The notes beneath the pieces were generated by a model. The model did not search any database and was not told where the DNA came from. It saw only the letters and a program-made list of their open reading frames with translations. A program made the position numbers and the translations under genes. Source: Burkholderiales bacterium (lineage in GTDB: Bacteria; Pseudomonadota; Gammaproteobacteria; Burkholderiales; Eutrophovitaceae). Taken from it: a stretch of 64,000 nucleotides of DNA. The stretch is from contig JAURFP010000001.1 in the NCBI GenBank assembly GCA_030834275.1, positions 17,359 to 81,358 of the forward strand, in the 5' to 3' direction. Shown piece by piece: positions 19,272 to 27,939 of this stretch. The number at the start of each line of letters is the position of its first letter. Within the stretch, counting starts at the first letter, position 1.

Positions 19272-20169
19272 ATTTCAGCGACCAACCTTTTTCACGATAG
19301 AAATTTATCAATTCGCTCGTATCGTGATCTCCTAAGCCTCGCTCAACCATTAATGAAAACATCTCTCGAGTCAAATCCGAGACTGGCGTACTAATGGAAT
19401 GCTGTTCAGCTAGTTGTCGAATTAGATTCAAATCTTTCAACATAATTTGAGAGTGAGCGGTAATCGAAAATTCTGAAGTTGCCATCTTTGGAAACATTTC
19501 TTGCAACTGAGCAGAATCCGCCCGGCCACCAGATAGCGCATCCGGAATAAGTTGCGTATCAACACCTAAGCGCTCGGCTAATCCACAAGCCTCTGCGAGC
19601 ATAACGAGCCCCGAGGAGACTAGCAATTGATTGATCATCTTGGTCGCTTGACCGGCCCCCTGGGGTCCCATTAAAGTTACCTTACCCGCCAAGCAATCCC
19701 AGACTGGGGAGGCCTGCTTAAAAGCGACCGAACTTCCCCCTACCATCACCGTCATTCGACCTTCGCGGGCAGCTGGAGCGCCGCCAGATATCGGAGCGTC
19801 TAACCAACTAGCTCGCGCCTCCATCTGGAAGCGCTCCGCCATTTCCTGGGTTTTAGCAACCGCTCCGGTCGACATATCGATTAGCACCTTTCCGGAAACG
19901 TCAGCCCCAATGACCCCATCATTACCAAAAACGATATGCTCGACAGCATCTCCGTCTGTGACACAAGTGATGATGAAATCGGTCTCGGATGCTACTTCTC
20001 TCGGAGAGGCGCAAGCACGAATATTTTCTGATATCAAGCCTCCTAGTTTGGCCGAATCTCGGTTCCACGCATAGACTCGTTCTACCGTATCTCCGAGTCT
20101 TTTAATAATCGCAGACCCCAATACGCCAGCCCCTAAGCACCCGACACTTATATCTAATTTTTTATCCAA
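19261..20169 (-). CDS. NAD(P)-dependent beta-hydroxyacid dehydrogenase (3-hydroxyisobutyrate dehydrogenase family)
   Basis: 302 aa. [12 protein letters not shown] dinucleotide motif, and ...[11 protein letters not shown]... typical of the HIBADH family. Its 3' end overlaps mmsA by 11 bp (convergent). Confidence 0.8.
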   Translation of the reverse strand: MDKKLDISVGCLGAGVLGSAIIKRLGDTVERVYAWNRDSAKLGGLISENIRACASPREVASETDFIITCVTDGDAVEHIVFGNDGVIGADVSGKVLIDMSTGAVAKTQEMAERFQMEARASWLDAPISGGAPAAREGRMTVMVGGSSVAFKQASPVWDCLAGKVTLMGPQGAGQATKMINQLLVSSGLVMLAEACGLAERLGVDTQLIPDALSGGRADSAQLQEMFPKMATSEFSITAHSQIMLKDLNLIRQLAEQHSISTPVSDLTREMFSLMVERGLGDHDTSELINFYREKGWSLKSTS

Positions 20170-20266
20170 AACATTTACCTCCGATTTCTGTTGATCTTAT
20201 ACTGAAGAAAATTTAATTCAAATAAAAATAACAAAAACAAAAAATGTCTATTGGGGAGACTCATAA

Positions 20267-21034
20267 ATGTCAAAAAACGAATCACAAGAACTTTGCCTAA
20301 TCACGGGCGGCGCAAGCGGGATTGGAGAAGCTTGCGCGAGAGAACTCTTCAGTCGAGGCTATGAAATAGCGATTGCAGACAAAAATCCAAAAGGGGAAAA
20401 GATTGCAAGTGAGCTTTCAGGAAAATTTTTTCCTCTGGATGTAAGCGAATCAACAGAAATCGACGCGTTAGCAGAGGCGATTTCTAATAGTGGTAATTTT
20501 ATCCATACCCTAATTAACTGCGCCGGGATTATCCAGCAACCACTGCCTCCAGAAGAACTAAGTTTAAAAACGTGGGACGACATCGTTCGTATTGATCAAA
20601 GAGGAACGTACTACTGCTCCGTCGCTTTCGCTCGAGAGATGATAAAACGTGGAAGAGGGAATATCGTGAATATTGCTTCCATCACTGCAATGCGATCAGT
20701 CCCGCTGCATGCTTATGCGCCGGCCAAAGCTGCAGTGGTATCAATGACTGAGTGTTTAGCGGCTGAATGGGGTAGACACGGAGTTCGCGTCAATGCCGTC
20801 TCCCCGGGACACACGCTTACACCAGCCCTACAAAGTGCGATATCGGCGGGCGAGCGAGATATAAAACTTCTAGAGGAAAATGCACTGGGCCGCATGGTTA
20901 ACCCTGAGGAAGTTGCAAAGGCCGTTGCGTTCTTGGTTGGAGATGAATCCAGTGCAATAACAGGTGTAAACTTACCAGTCGACTGTGGCTGGCTCGTGGC
21001 TGGCTCGTGGCACACCTATGGTGGTTTACGTTAA
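20267..21034 (+). CDS. Short-chain dehydrogenase/reductase
   Basis: 255 aa. Motifs: ITGGASGIGEA, NCAG, YAPAKAA (YxxxK). Confidence 0.85.
   Translation: MSKNESQELCLITGGASGIGEACARELFSRGYEIAIADKNPKGEKIASELSGKFFPLDVSESTEIDALAEAISNSGNFIHTLINCAGIIQQPLPPEELSLKTWDDIVRIDQRGTYYCSVAFAREMIKRGRGNIVNIASITAMRSVPLHAYAPAKAAVVSMTECLAAEWGRHGVRVNAVSPGHTLTPALQSAISAGERDIKLLEENALGRMVNPEEVAKAVAFLVGDESSAITGVNLPVDCGWLVAGSWHTYGGLR
20986..21011 (+). repeat. Perfect tandem duplication of an 11-nt unit (2.4 copies) inside the 3' end of the SDR gene
   Basis: TGGCTGGCTCG TGGCTGGCTCG TGGC, read directly from the sequence. Confidence 0.9.
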
Positions 21035-21064
21035 CTTAGTTTTTAGATGCTTGGGGAAATAACC

Positions 21065-21451
21065 ATGCTAAAAAAAATGCTGCTTGCCCTTACATTCAGC
21101 TTCATTATCGGTACCGGCATTTGTCAGGAATCCGATCTTGCGCAAAAAGCGTTCTTGCTCCCAGAGGAAGTTCCGGCCATCGCGAGCGAAGTTATTTTTC
21201 TGGATGTGCGAACTGACAAGGAATGGGAATTGGGTCATATCCAGGGAGCAATACACGTCGAACTTAAGAAGGTACGAAAAGAAATTGAAATGACATTACA
21301 GGATAAATCGAAAGCGGTCGTAGTCTATTGCGGATCGGGTCCGCGTGCGCAAGCAGCTGCGAAATTCATGAATAGCATTGGCTACCGTGCAATCCCAGTA
21401 AGTAGAGGTGGATTTATGCAATTGGTGGCTGCTGGTCTATCCAAAGATTAA
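21065..21451 (+). CDS. Exported single-domain rhodanese (sulfurtransferase)
   Basis: Signal peptide MLKKMLLALTFSFIIGTGIC, then a rhodanese core with active-site loop YCGSGPRA. Start ATG 21065 is preceded by GGGGA. Confidence 0.75.
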   Translation: MLKKMLLALTFSFIIGTGICQESDLAQKAFLLPEEVPAIASEVIFLDVRTDKEWELGHIQGAIHVELKKVRKEIEMTLQDKSKAVVVYCGSGPRAQAAAKFMNSIGYRAIPVSRGGFMQLVAAGLSKD

Positions 21452-21459
21452 ATTTCGGT

Positions 21460-23514
21460 TTGAAACAAGCCGCCACAAAATCCGTTCGGACGATGTGTCC
21501 GATGAATTGTCACCCAACGCTATGTGGGATGCATGTCGCGCTGACTGACAATAACTCAATTGAAGTCACCCCAGACCAAGAAAGCCCCGATAGCCAGGGG
21601 TTTTTGTGCTCTCGCGGATTTGCAGCAGCTGAACTTTATCGAAATCCTCAAAGAATTCTAACTCCTCTTTCCAGGAGTAGTCGATCGGAGTCCTTCTCGA
21701 TCACTAACTGGAGTAGCGCATACGAAAGCATTCTAGCTAGCGCTACAAATCCTGAAAGAGTGGCTATCTGGGCCGGACACGGAGTGTTTACAAATAACTA
21801 TGGATCAAGATTTGCCACCCAATTACTCGCCAGATTTGCCAATCACCACGGATCACTTTTCTGGGAACCTCCGATTATTTGTTGGGGACTTGGTGCGATG
21901 GGACTTGCTATAACTGGCGTTACTGAGACTGTTCCAAAAAAAGAAATTGAAAAAAATTCAGATCTCATTCTGCTTTGGGGAGCTGATTTCTCTAGCCAGC
22001 CAACGACAGCACGGCATGTACTAAATGCCCAAAAACGTGGCGCGAAATTAGTTTCTATCGATGTACGCCGAACATCTACATCGGCAAAATGTGACCACGA
22101 ATATTTGATTAAACCCGGAACAGATACGCAGTTAGCACTCAGTTTGATACACGTCCTCATTCAGACCAAACAGATTGATCATCAATTCATCGCAAACTAC
22201 ACCGTGGGTTTTGATCAACTGGCTAAACATCTTCAGGAATTCACACCCGCGCGGGCTGCCAGAGAAACCGGGATTTCTGAGCAACAGCTTCTTGATCTCG
22301 CCGGTCTCTATGGTCGTGCTAAATCGAGCGCAATCCTCCTCGGAGGAAGTTCCATGCACAAAGGTCAGAATAGCTGGTATGCCTCGCGTGCGATATCTTG
22401 CTTACCCGCAATCACCGGTAACCTGTCGAGACCAGGCGCAGGGCTAGGGCCGCGACATGGTGGGTGGCCTGGAGGGAGAGCGTTGAATACCATCGCAGAC
22501 AATGAACGGTTTGCTTGGTCTAATCGCTCGAGTAACCAAATGGATGACTTGGTTCAGAAAATGCATGAAGGAGAGATTGATACGCTGCTTTTGTTTGGAT
22601 CAAACATTGTTTCTTCCTTTGCGGATACCAATAAACTCGTTCAAGGATTGAAACGCGTTCCACTCATCGTCTCCTATGACCTATTCTTGAATGACGGTAT
22701 CCGACAATTTAGTGATATCGTTCTACCGGGCACCACCTGGATCGAAGAAGTCGGATGTAAGGGAACGGAGGAACACCTGATATTAACCGAACAACTCATC
22801 GAGCCAGAGGGGGAATCTCGAAGTTTATTTAGAGTTCTCACTGAGCTTGCAGAAAAGTTTAATCTAAGTAATTTCTCGCCTTGGTCATCGACCGAGGAAA
22901 TGATCAACGCGGTTATCCAAAGACCAGAAAAAGAAAATATAACTATCGAATCGCTCAGAAAGAATAAAGGAATCCAGAAGCTCGAAATAGAATCGATTGC
23001 TCATGCCTCTAAAATTTACCCAACCCCAAGTGGAAAGATAGAATTTCTATCTGAGAGAGCGTTGCAATCTGGATTGCCAGGGCTGCCGACACTACCTGCT
23101 GCAATAAGTGAAACAAAACAAAAAATTAACAATTACGATATCGAGCTCACGTTCGGTCGGGAATTACACAACTTCCATGGCTTTTACGATAACGGACGAG
23201 CACTACCTATGCTAAAAACGAAGAACGCAGAGCCAGAACTGCATCTATCCAAAAATGATGCGAATAATAAAGCTATCAATTCTGGCGACCGTATCCGGGC
23301 GTTTAACGACCATGGGGAGTTTTTCGCGATAGCAAAAATAAGTAATAACTTGCCCGCGGGTACAGCGTGGGTAAGAGATGGCTGGAATAACCTTAACAAC
23401 CTAACATCGATCGAGCGAACCGTTCCAACAAAAGCTCTCAAGGACTTTAATCTCGCCGCCGGACAATCAAGCTTTCGCGCCACTATCGATATCGAACGAT
23501 TAAACGACTCGTGA
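21460..23514 (+). CDS. Molybdopterin oxidoreductase (DMSO-reductase/MopB superfamily), no Tat signal
   Basis: 684 aa. N-terminal Cys cluster MCPMNCHPTLCGM, MopB core and a C-terminal molybdopterin dinucleotide-binding region. The ORF begins at TTG 21460, with an alternative ATG at 21493. Confidence 0.8.
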   Translation: MKQAATKSVRTMCPMNCHPTLCGMHVALTDNNSIEVTPDQESPDSQGFLCSRGFAAAELYRNPQRILTPLSRSSRSESFSITNWSSAYESILASATNPERVAIWAGHGVFTNNYGSRFATQLLARFANHHGSLFWEPPIICWGLGAMGLAITGVTETVPKKEIEKNSDLILLWGADFSSQPTTARHVLNAQKRGAKLVSIDVRRTSTSAKCDHEYLIKPGTDTQLALSLIHVLIQTKQIDHQFIANYTVGFDQLAKHLQEFTPARAARETGISEQQLLDLAGLYGRAKSSAILLGGSSMHKGQNSWYASRAISCLPAITGNLSRPGAGLGPRHGGWPGGRALNTIADNERFAWSNRSSNQMDDLVQKMHEGEIDTLLLFGSNIVSSFADTNKLVQGLKRVPLIVSYDLFLNDGIRQFSDIVLPGTTWIEEVGCKGTEEHLILTEQLIEPEGESRSLFRVLTELAEKFNLSNFSPWSSTEEMINAVIQRPEKENITIESLRKNKGIQKLEIESIAHASKIYPTPSGKIEFLSERALQSGLPGLPTLPAAISETKQKINNYDIELTFGRELHNFHGFYDNGRALPMLKTKNAEPELHLSKNDANNKAINSGDRIRAFNDHGEFFAIAKISNNLPAGTAWVRDGWNNLNNLTSIERTVPTKALKDFNLAAGQSSFRATIDIERLNDS

Positions 23515-23530
23515 TTGTCTTTACCGCTCG

Positions 23531-24706
23531 ATGATGAAAAAATTTCAGCTAATACGGTTCATCAGTATCGCTGTGCTGTGTCATATGGGCTTCATCGGAA
23601 CTCGATTTTCCGCTTCCCTATACGCGCTCGACAAACACGTTTCGACATTCACGATAGGCGTGATCTTAGCGCTATTCTCTCTAATACCGATGATGATATC
23701 GGTAAGAGCCGGAAGATGGATCGATACCTCTGGTCCATTGAAGCCGACGTTGAGTGGGATCGCACTTATTTCAGTGGGCGCCCTACTCCCTCTACTTTTT
23801 TCTTACGAGGTTGCCGATCTTGGCCCCTTGCTAGTCGGGGCTTCTATGGTAGGAACCGGTCTCACGCTTACCATTTTGTCGATGCAACAGCACCTCGGGG
23901 AACAAAACGAGCCTGGTAAGCGTACGGCAGTTTTCTCGTGGTTTGCGATGGGGGTTTCAGTTTCTGGTTTTTTTGGTCCAGTTTTAGGCGGCGTGGTAAT
24001 CGATCATTTCGGTCATCGAATTAGTTTTTTATTACCGATATTTTTCTCTCTGTTAGCAGGGGCTTTTCTTTTATTCGGAGAGAAACCAGTCACAAAAACT
24101 AAAGTAATCACCGATCAAGGTCAAACCCAGAACACTTTCGATCTTATTCGTTATCGCGAGCTACGTCACGTACTCATCGTCACAGGACTGATTTCAATGT
24201 GCTGGGATCTCCAAAACTTCGCTGTACCTCTACATGGAGCTCGAGCCGGATTATCCGCTTCCCAAATTGGTTTTATCTTAGGTGCTTTCGCGATCGCGAC
24301 ATTTGCAATTCGGATATTGATGCCTATCTTGCATAAAGTTTCATCAGAATGGCAGATTCTGATTGGAACACTTGGTTGCGCCTTTCTAGCCTTTCTAATT
24401 TTTCCCTTATTGCACTCTTACGTGTCTCTAATTTGTATCGCATTTTTATTAGGCCTAGGACTAGGTGCCGCTCAGCCAAATATCATGACGCTCGTTCATT
24501 CAACCAGTCCTAGCGGGCGAGTTGCGGAAGCCCTTGGGTTACGGTTAACCATCATTCACACCAACCAAGTGATTCTTCCTCTAATTTTTGGAGCATTCGG
24601 CGCACTACTAGGAACCACTGCCATGTTCTGGGGCATGAGCTTGATTGCGTTATTCGGAGTTTTTATATCTGTGAGAGCGGGAAAACACCGACGAGCAAGC
24701 GCTTAG
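23531..24706 (+). CDS. MFS transporter
   Basis: 391 aa, about 12 hydrophobic segments, with a typical MFS loop (GRWIDTSGP). Confidence 0.8.
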   Translation: MMKKFQLIRFISIAVLCHMGFIGTRFSASLYALDKHVSTFTIGVILALFSLIPMMISVRAGRWIDTSGPLKPTLSGIALISVGALLPLLFSYEVADLGPLLVGASMVGTGLTLTILSMQQHLGEQNEPGKRTAVFSWFAMGVSVSGFFGPVLGGVVIDHFGHRISFLLPIFFSLLAGAFLLFGEKPVTKTKVITDQGQTQNTFDLIRYRELRHVLIVTGLISMCWDLQNFAVPLHGARAGLSASQIGFILGAFAIATFAIRILMPILHKVSSEWQILIGTLGCAFLAFLIFPLLHSYVSLICIAFLLGLGLGAAQPNIMTLVHSTSPSGRVAEALGLRLTIIHTNQVILPLIFGAFGALLGTTAMFWGMSLIALFGVFISVRAGKHRRASA

Positions 24707-24708
24707 AC

Positions 24709-26373
24709 TTATTTTTTTACTACACTCCAATAACTATTTTCCTCTGACGCCACACCCTCTCGGGCGAGCTTCAGAAGATGCGCAAGCAATGATCGTTCGG
24801 CTAGTCTGTGCAATTCCCTTGAAACATCATCGTAGGCATGTACTACCAGATCAGATAATGTGCCGCCACCTGATACATCCAACGCCTTTAGAACTTTTCC
24901 TTCTCGCTTTTTTCGATGGGCAAGTAGTCGATCGATAACCTCGTTAGGGTTTTCCATTAAAAATCCATGCCCAGGAGCAATCCAATCGAAGCTCAGGTCT
25001 CTCAGTTTTTCAAGAGAGTTAAAGTAATCCGCCATGTCACCATCTGGAGGATTTATCACCACCGTCGACCCCTGCATTACGTGATCTCCCGTAAATAAAA
25101 TCCGGTCGTTGGCGTCTAGATAGCAAAACTGATTGGATGCATGTCCCGGAGTATAAATGGGCACGAGCCTGCCGCCGCAAACTTCCAGGGGAACTCCATC
25201 TTCTGGGATTAGATCTGGAGAAAATGAGTCGTCTTGTCTATCGGGAAATTTTGCTTTCATTCCCACCAAAGGAACATCGAACTCATCCCGCAGCCTCGAA
25301 GCAGCAGGTGAGTGATCCAGATGACTGTGCGTGCAAACGATCGCTCGTAATTTATCCTCACAGTAATCCTTTAATTTCTGAATATGCTCAGGAATATTTG
25401 GACCCGGATCAATAATCGTAAAACCAACCTCGGTATCGCCAATTACATAACTGTTCGTACCAGGCCCAGTCATAACGCTCGGGTTCGGAGCAGTAATGCG
25501 AACGAGAGAATTCGATAATCTAACTTCAACGCCTGGCACAATATCCCGAGACGCCGTACCCTTTTGATCTGGATCTAATTTTCCAACTTCAGCATAAGCA
25601 AAATCACCCGGCACCAATAATTTCTTACCGCCCACACCGATCGATATTCTGGGATTCATGGGGGATACAGGTCGAAGTGAGCGAGCAAAGTCGAGCGCCT
25701 CCGAGACATTGGAAAACTCACATAATTGTTCAAGCGTTTTAAGCGTGGGAAACATTAAACTAATCTCTCCCCGATTCCCCTTCTCAATCGCTCGCTTTGG
25801 CTCTACCCAAAGGTGGCTTACAAGTTCATTACCATCGTGAGACAGATTTTGTCCTTTGGGGTATCGAGCGATAAAAAACCGCGTGTCATAACGGCGCGGA
25901 CGTCCCGCTTGCGTAATCCAATGACTAAAATAGTGCAATTCATCCGTAGCCAGAGATAATTGGTATTTTTTTAAAAAATTCTGGAAAGTAATTTCACCCC
26001 GCTCGAGGCGACTCCGAATCGTTTCAATCGGTTGCTGTAACGTTTGCGGATCGAATAAGTTCCCATCAGCTCGACGAGCAAATAAAAGTCCCATCTCCTC
26101 AAAACTTTCTCTGAGAGCAGCAATCCAGTAACTCAAACCATCCTGACGGATTCCAAGTCTTCGACTTGCTTCTTGATCATTTAGATTGGGGCTAAGCTCG
26201 AACAAATCACCCACTTTATCGTCGGCATCTACAGCACCACCGGGAAAAACAAACGCTCCAGCTGCGAAATTGACTGTGTTAGTCTTCTCAGCGAGCAATA
26301 CCTCCAACCCTTTCTCCCCATCCCTCATGATGATGAGAGTAGCAGCTGGCCTGGGAGTTACCAGCTCATTCAT
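24709..26373 (-). CDS. Nudix-hydrolase / metallo-beta-lactamase-fold fusion protein
   Basis: 554 aa. The N-terminal Nudix-like region has a split box (FPGGAVDADD ... LRESFEEMGLLF). The C-terminal MBL domain has CTHSHLDHSPAA (HxHxDH). Confidence 0.75.
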   Translation of the reverse strand: MNELVTPRPAATLIIMRDGEKGLEVLLAEKTNTVNFAAGAFVFPGGAVDADDKVGDLFELSPNLNDQEASRRLGIRQDGLSYWIAALRESFEEMGLLFARRADGNLFDPQTLQQPIETIRSRLERGEITFQNFLKKYQLSLATDELHYFSHWITQAGRPRRYDTRFFIARYPKGQNLSHDGNELVSHLWVEPKRAIEKGNRGEISLMFPTLKTLEQLCEFSNVSEALDFARSLRPVSPMNPRISIGVGGKKLLVPGDFAYAEVGKLDPDQKGTASRDIVPGVEVRLSNSLVRITAPNPSVMTGPGTNSYVIGDTEVGFTIIDPGPNIPEHIQKLKDYCEDKLRAIVCTHSHLDHSPAASRLRDEFDVPLVGMKAKFPDRQDDSFSPDLIPEDGVPLEVCGGRLVPIYTPGHASNQFCYLDANDRILFTGDHVMQGSTVVINPPDGDMADYFNSLEKLRDLSFDWIAPGHGFLMENPNEVIDRLLAHRKKREGKVLKALDVSGGGTLSDLVVHAYDDVSRELHRLAERSLLAHLLKLAREGVASEENSYWSVVKK

Positions 26374-27818
26374 TAGGAAGTATGTTCAAAATTTAGCGAG
26401 AACCGCTCGATAATTTTTGCTACGCACTCAGTCAATTTCTTGCCATAAGGGATATGCAGAAACTCGTTTGGCCCGTGCGCATTCGACTTGGGGCCCAGTA
26501 CTCCAGTTATTAGAAATTGTGCATTTGGAAAATATTCTCCAAGCATCGCCATGAATGGGATTGTTCCCCCCTCACCCATTAATACTGCATTACGCGAAAA
26601 TACGGATTCAGATGCCTCATGTAACGCATGCGCTAGCCAATCTGCAGTCGGCGGCGCATGCCAGCCTGTCGCGGATTGATCCAACTCAAATTTCACTGAA
26701 GCCCCATAGGGAGGATCTGACTCAAGGATTTGTTTTAACTTTCTGGACGCGTAATCACCATCAATTGTTGGCGGTAATCGAAGACTTAACTTAAGTGCAG
26801 TCTTTGGCCTTAACACATTGCCAGCATCTCGAACGGGTGGAACATGGTCGGATCCGATCACTGACAGATACGGCCTCCAAGTTCTATTTAAGACAAGCTC
26901 ACCATAATCTGCTGACATCGCTTTTGCATCTCGAACAAAAGGAAAACGATTCGTCAACGTATCTCCCAACACCTCTCCAGCTAATCTTGCCTGCTCTTTT
27001 CTTTCCTCTGGGATGTCTGCCCAAAATTCAGAGGGAACAATTCTTCCGTCCCTAGAATCCTCGATACGCTCCAAGATATTCCGGATGATTCGATAACTCG
27101 AGGGCACTACACCACTCGCATCTCCAGAATGCACACCCTCTTTTAATATTTCAACCGTGAGCGTCCCCGCAGCCATACCTCGAAGACTGGTTGTACCCCA
27201 AAGCTGATCGTAATTTCCACATCCGGAATCCAAACCAATCACAAAATCGACATTTCGAATTCGGGTTCGCAAATGTTCTAAGTAAAAAGGAAGATCATAA
27301 CTACCGCTTTCCTCACAGCATTCGATGATCCCCACGGTTCTGGGAATCTTAATTCCCTGCCGTTGTAACGATGATATTGCAGCAATAGAAGCAAATATGG
27401 CATAGCCATCGTCCGCGCCACCGCGCCCGTAAAGCTTACCGTCTCGAATTACTGGAGACCACGGTCCAAGCCCCTCTTCCCAACCCATCATTTCTGGCTG
27501 TTTATCGAGATGCCCGTACATGAGAATGGTTGAAGGAAGATCTCCGCTTATTTCAAAAAACAAAACAGGCGTTCTGTTTTCTAGCCTGATAACCTCCAGC
27601 GAGATACCTTCAACGTTCTGCTGCCTGGCCCACTGCAGAGCAAGTTCTACCGCATCATCAATATAACCATGTTTCGACCACTCTTCGTCGAAGTGAGGAG
27701 ATTTGCAGGGTATCCTTATGTAATCGGTAAGGCATGGAACGATTTCCTCGTCCCATTTCTCTGCAACGAACTTCTGCAAATTTAGCGCATCAATTTGAGA
27801 TTCTTGAGTAGTCGACAT
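26373..27818 (-). CDS. M20-family metallopeptidase (dipeptidase-like)
   Basis: Motifs: ...YGHLDKQPEM...GRGGADDGYA...ECCEESGS. The start is chosen at ATG 27818 (MSTTQESQ), while the ORF track starts at TTG 27845. The stop overlaps the next gene's ATG (TAATG). Confidence 0.8.
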   Translation of the reverse strand: MSTTQESQIDALNLQKFVAEKWDEEIVPCLTDYIRIPCKSPHFDEEWSKHGYIDDAVELALQWARQQNVEGISLEVIRLENRTPVLFFEISGDLPSTILMYGHLDKQPEMMGWEEGLGPWSPVIRDGKLYGRGGADDGYAIFASIAAISSLQRQGIKIPRTVGIIECCEESGSYDLPFYLEHLRTRIRNVDFVIGLDSGCGNYDQLWGTTSLRGMAAGTLTVEILKEGVHSGDASGVVPSSYRIIRNILERIEDSRDGRIVPSEFWADIPEERKEQARLAGEVLGDTLTNRFPFVRDAKAMSADYGELVLNRTWRPYLSVIGSDHVPPVRDAGNVLRPKTALKLSLRLPPTIDGDYASRKLKQILESDPPYGASVKFELDQSATGWHAPPTADWLAHALHEASESVFSRNAVLMGEGGTIPFMAMLGEYFPNAQFLITGVLGPKSNAHGPNEFLHIPYGKKLTECVAKIIERFSLNFEHTS

Positions 27819-27939
27819 TTTTTTCGAAAAATTAGGAACAATCAAAATTACGCACAGTGACCAATTTGAAACGCCTCACCGATGGGCGATCGAAAAGCTG
27901 GGGGACACTCGCTCGCCAGAGAAAACGTCCCTCAATGAG

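Noticed and set aside
23515-23919. A 134-aa ORF starting right after the Mo-oxidoreductase stop.
   Set aside because: It overlaps the MFS transporter gene in another frame. The MFS reading (23531..) has a coherent TM-helix pattern, and this ORF does not.
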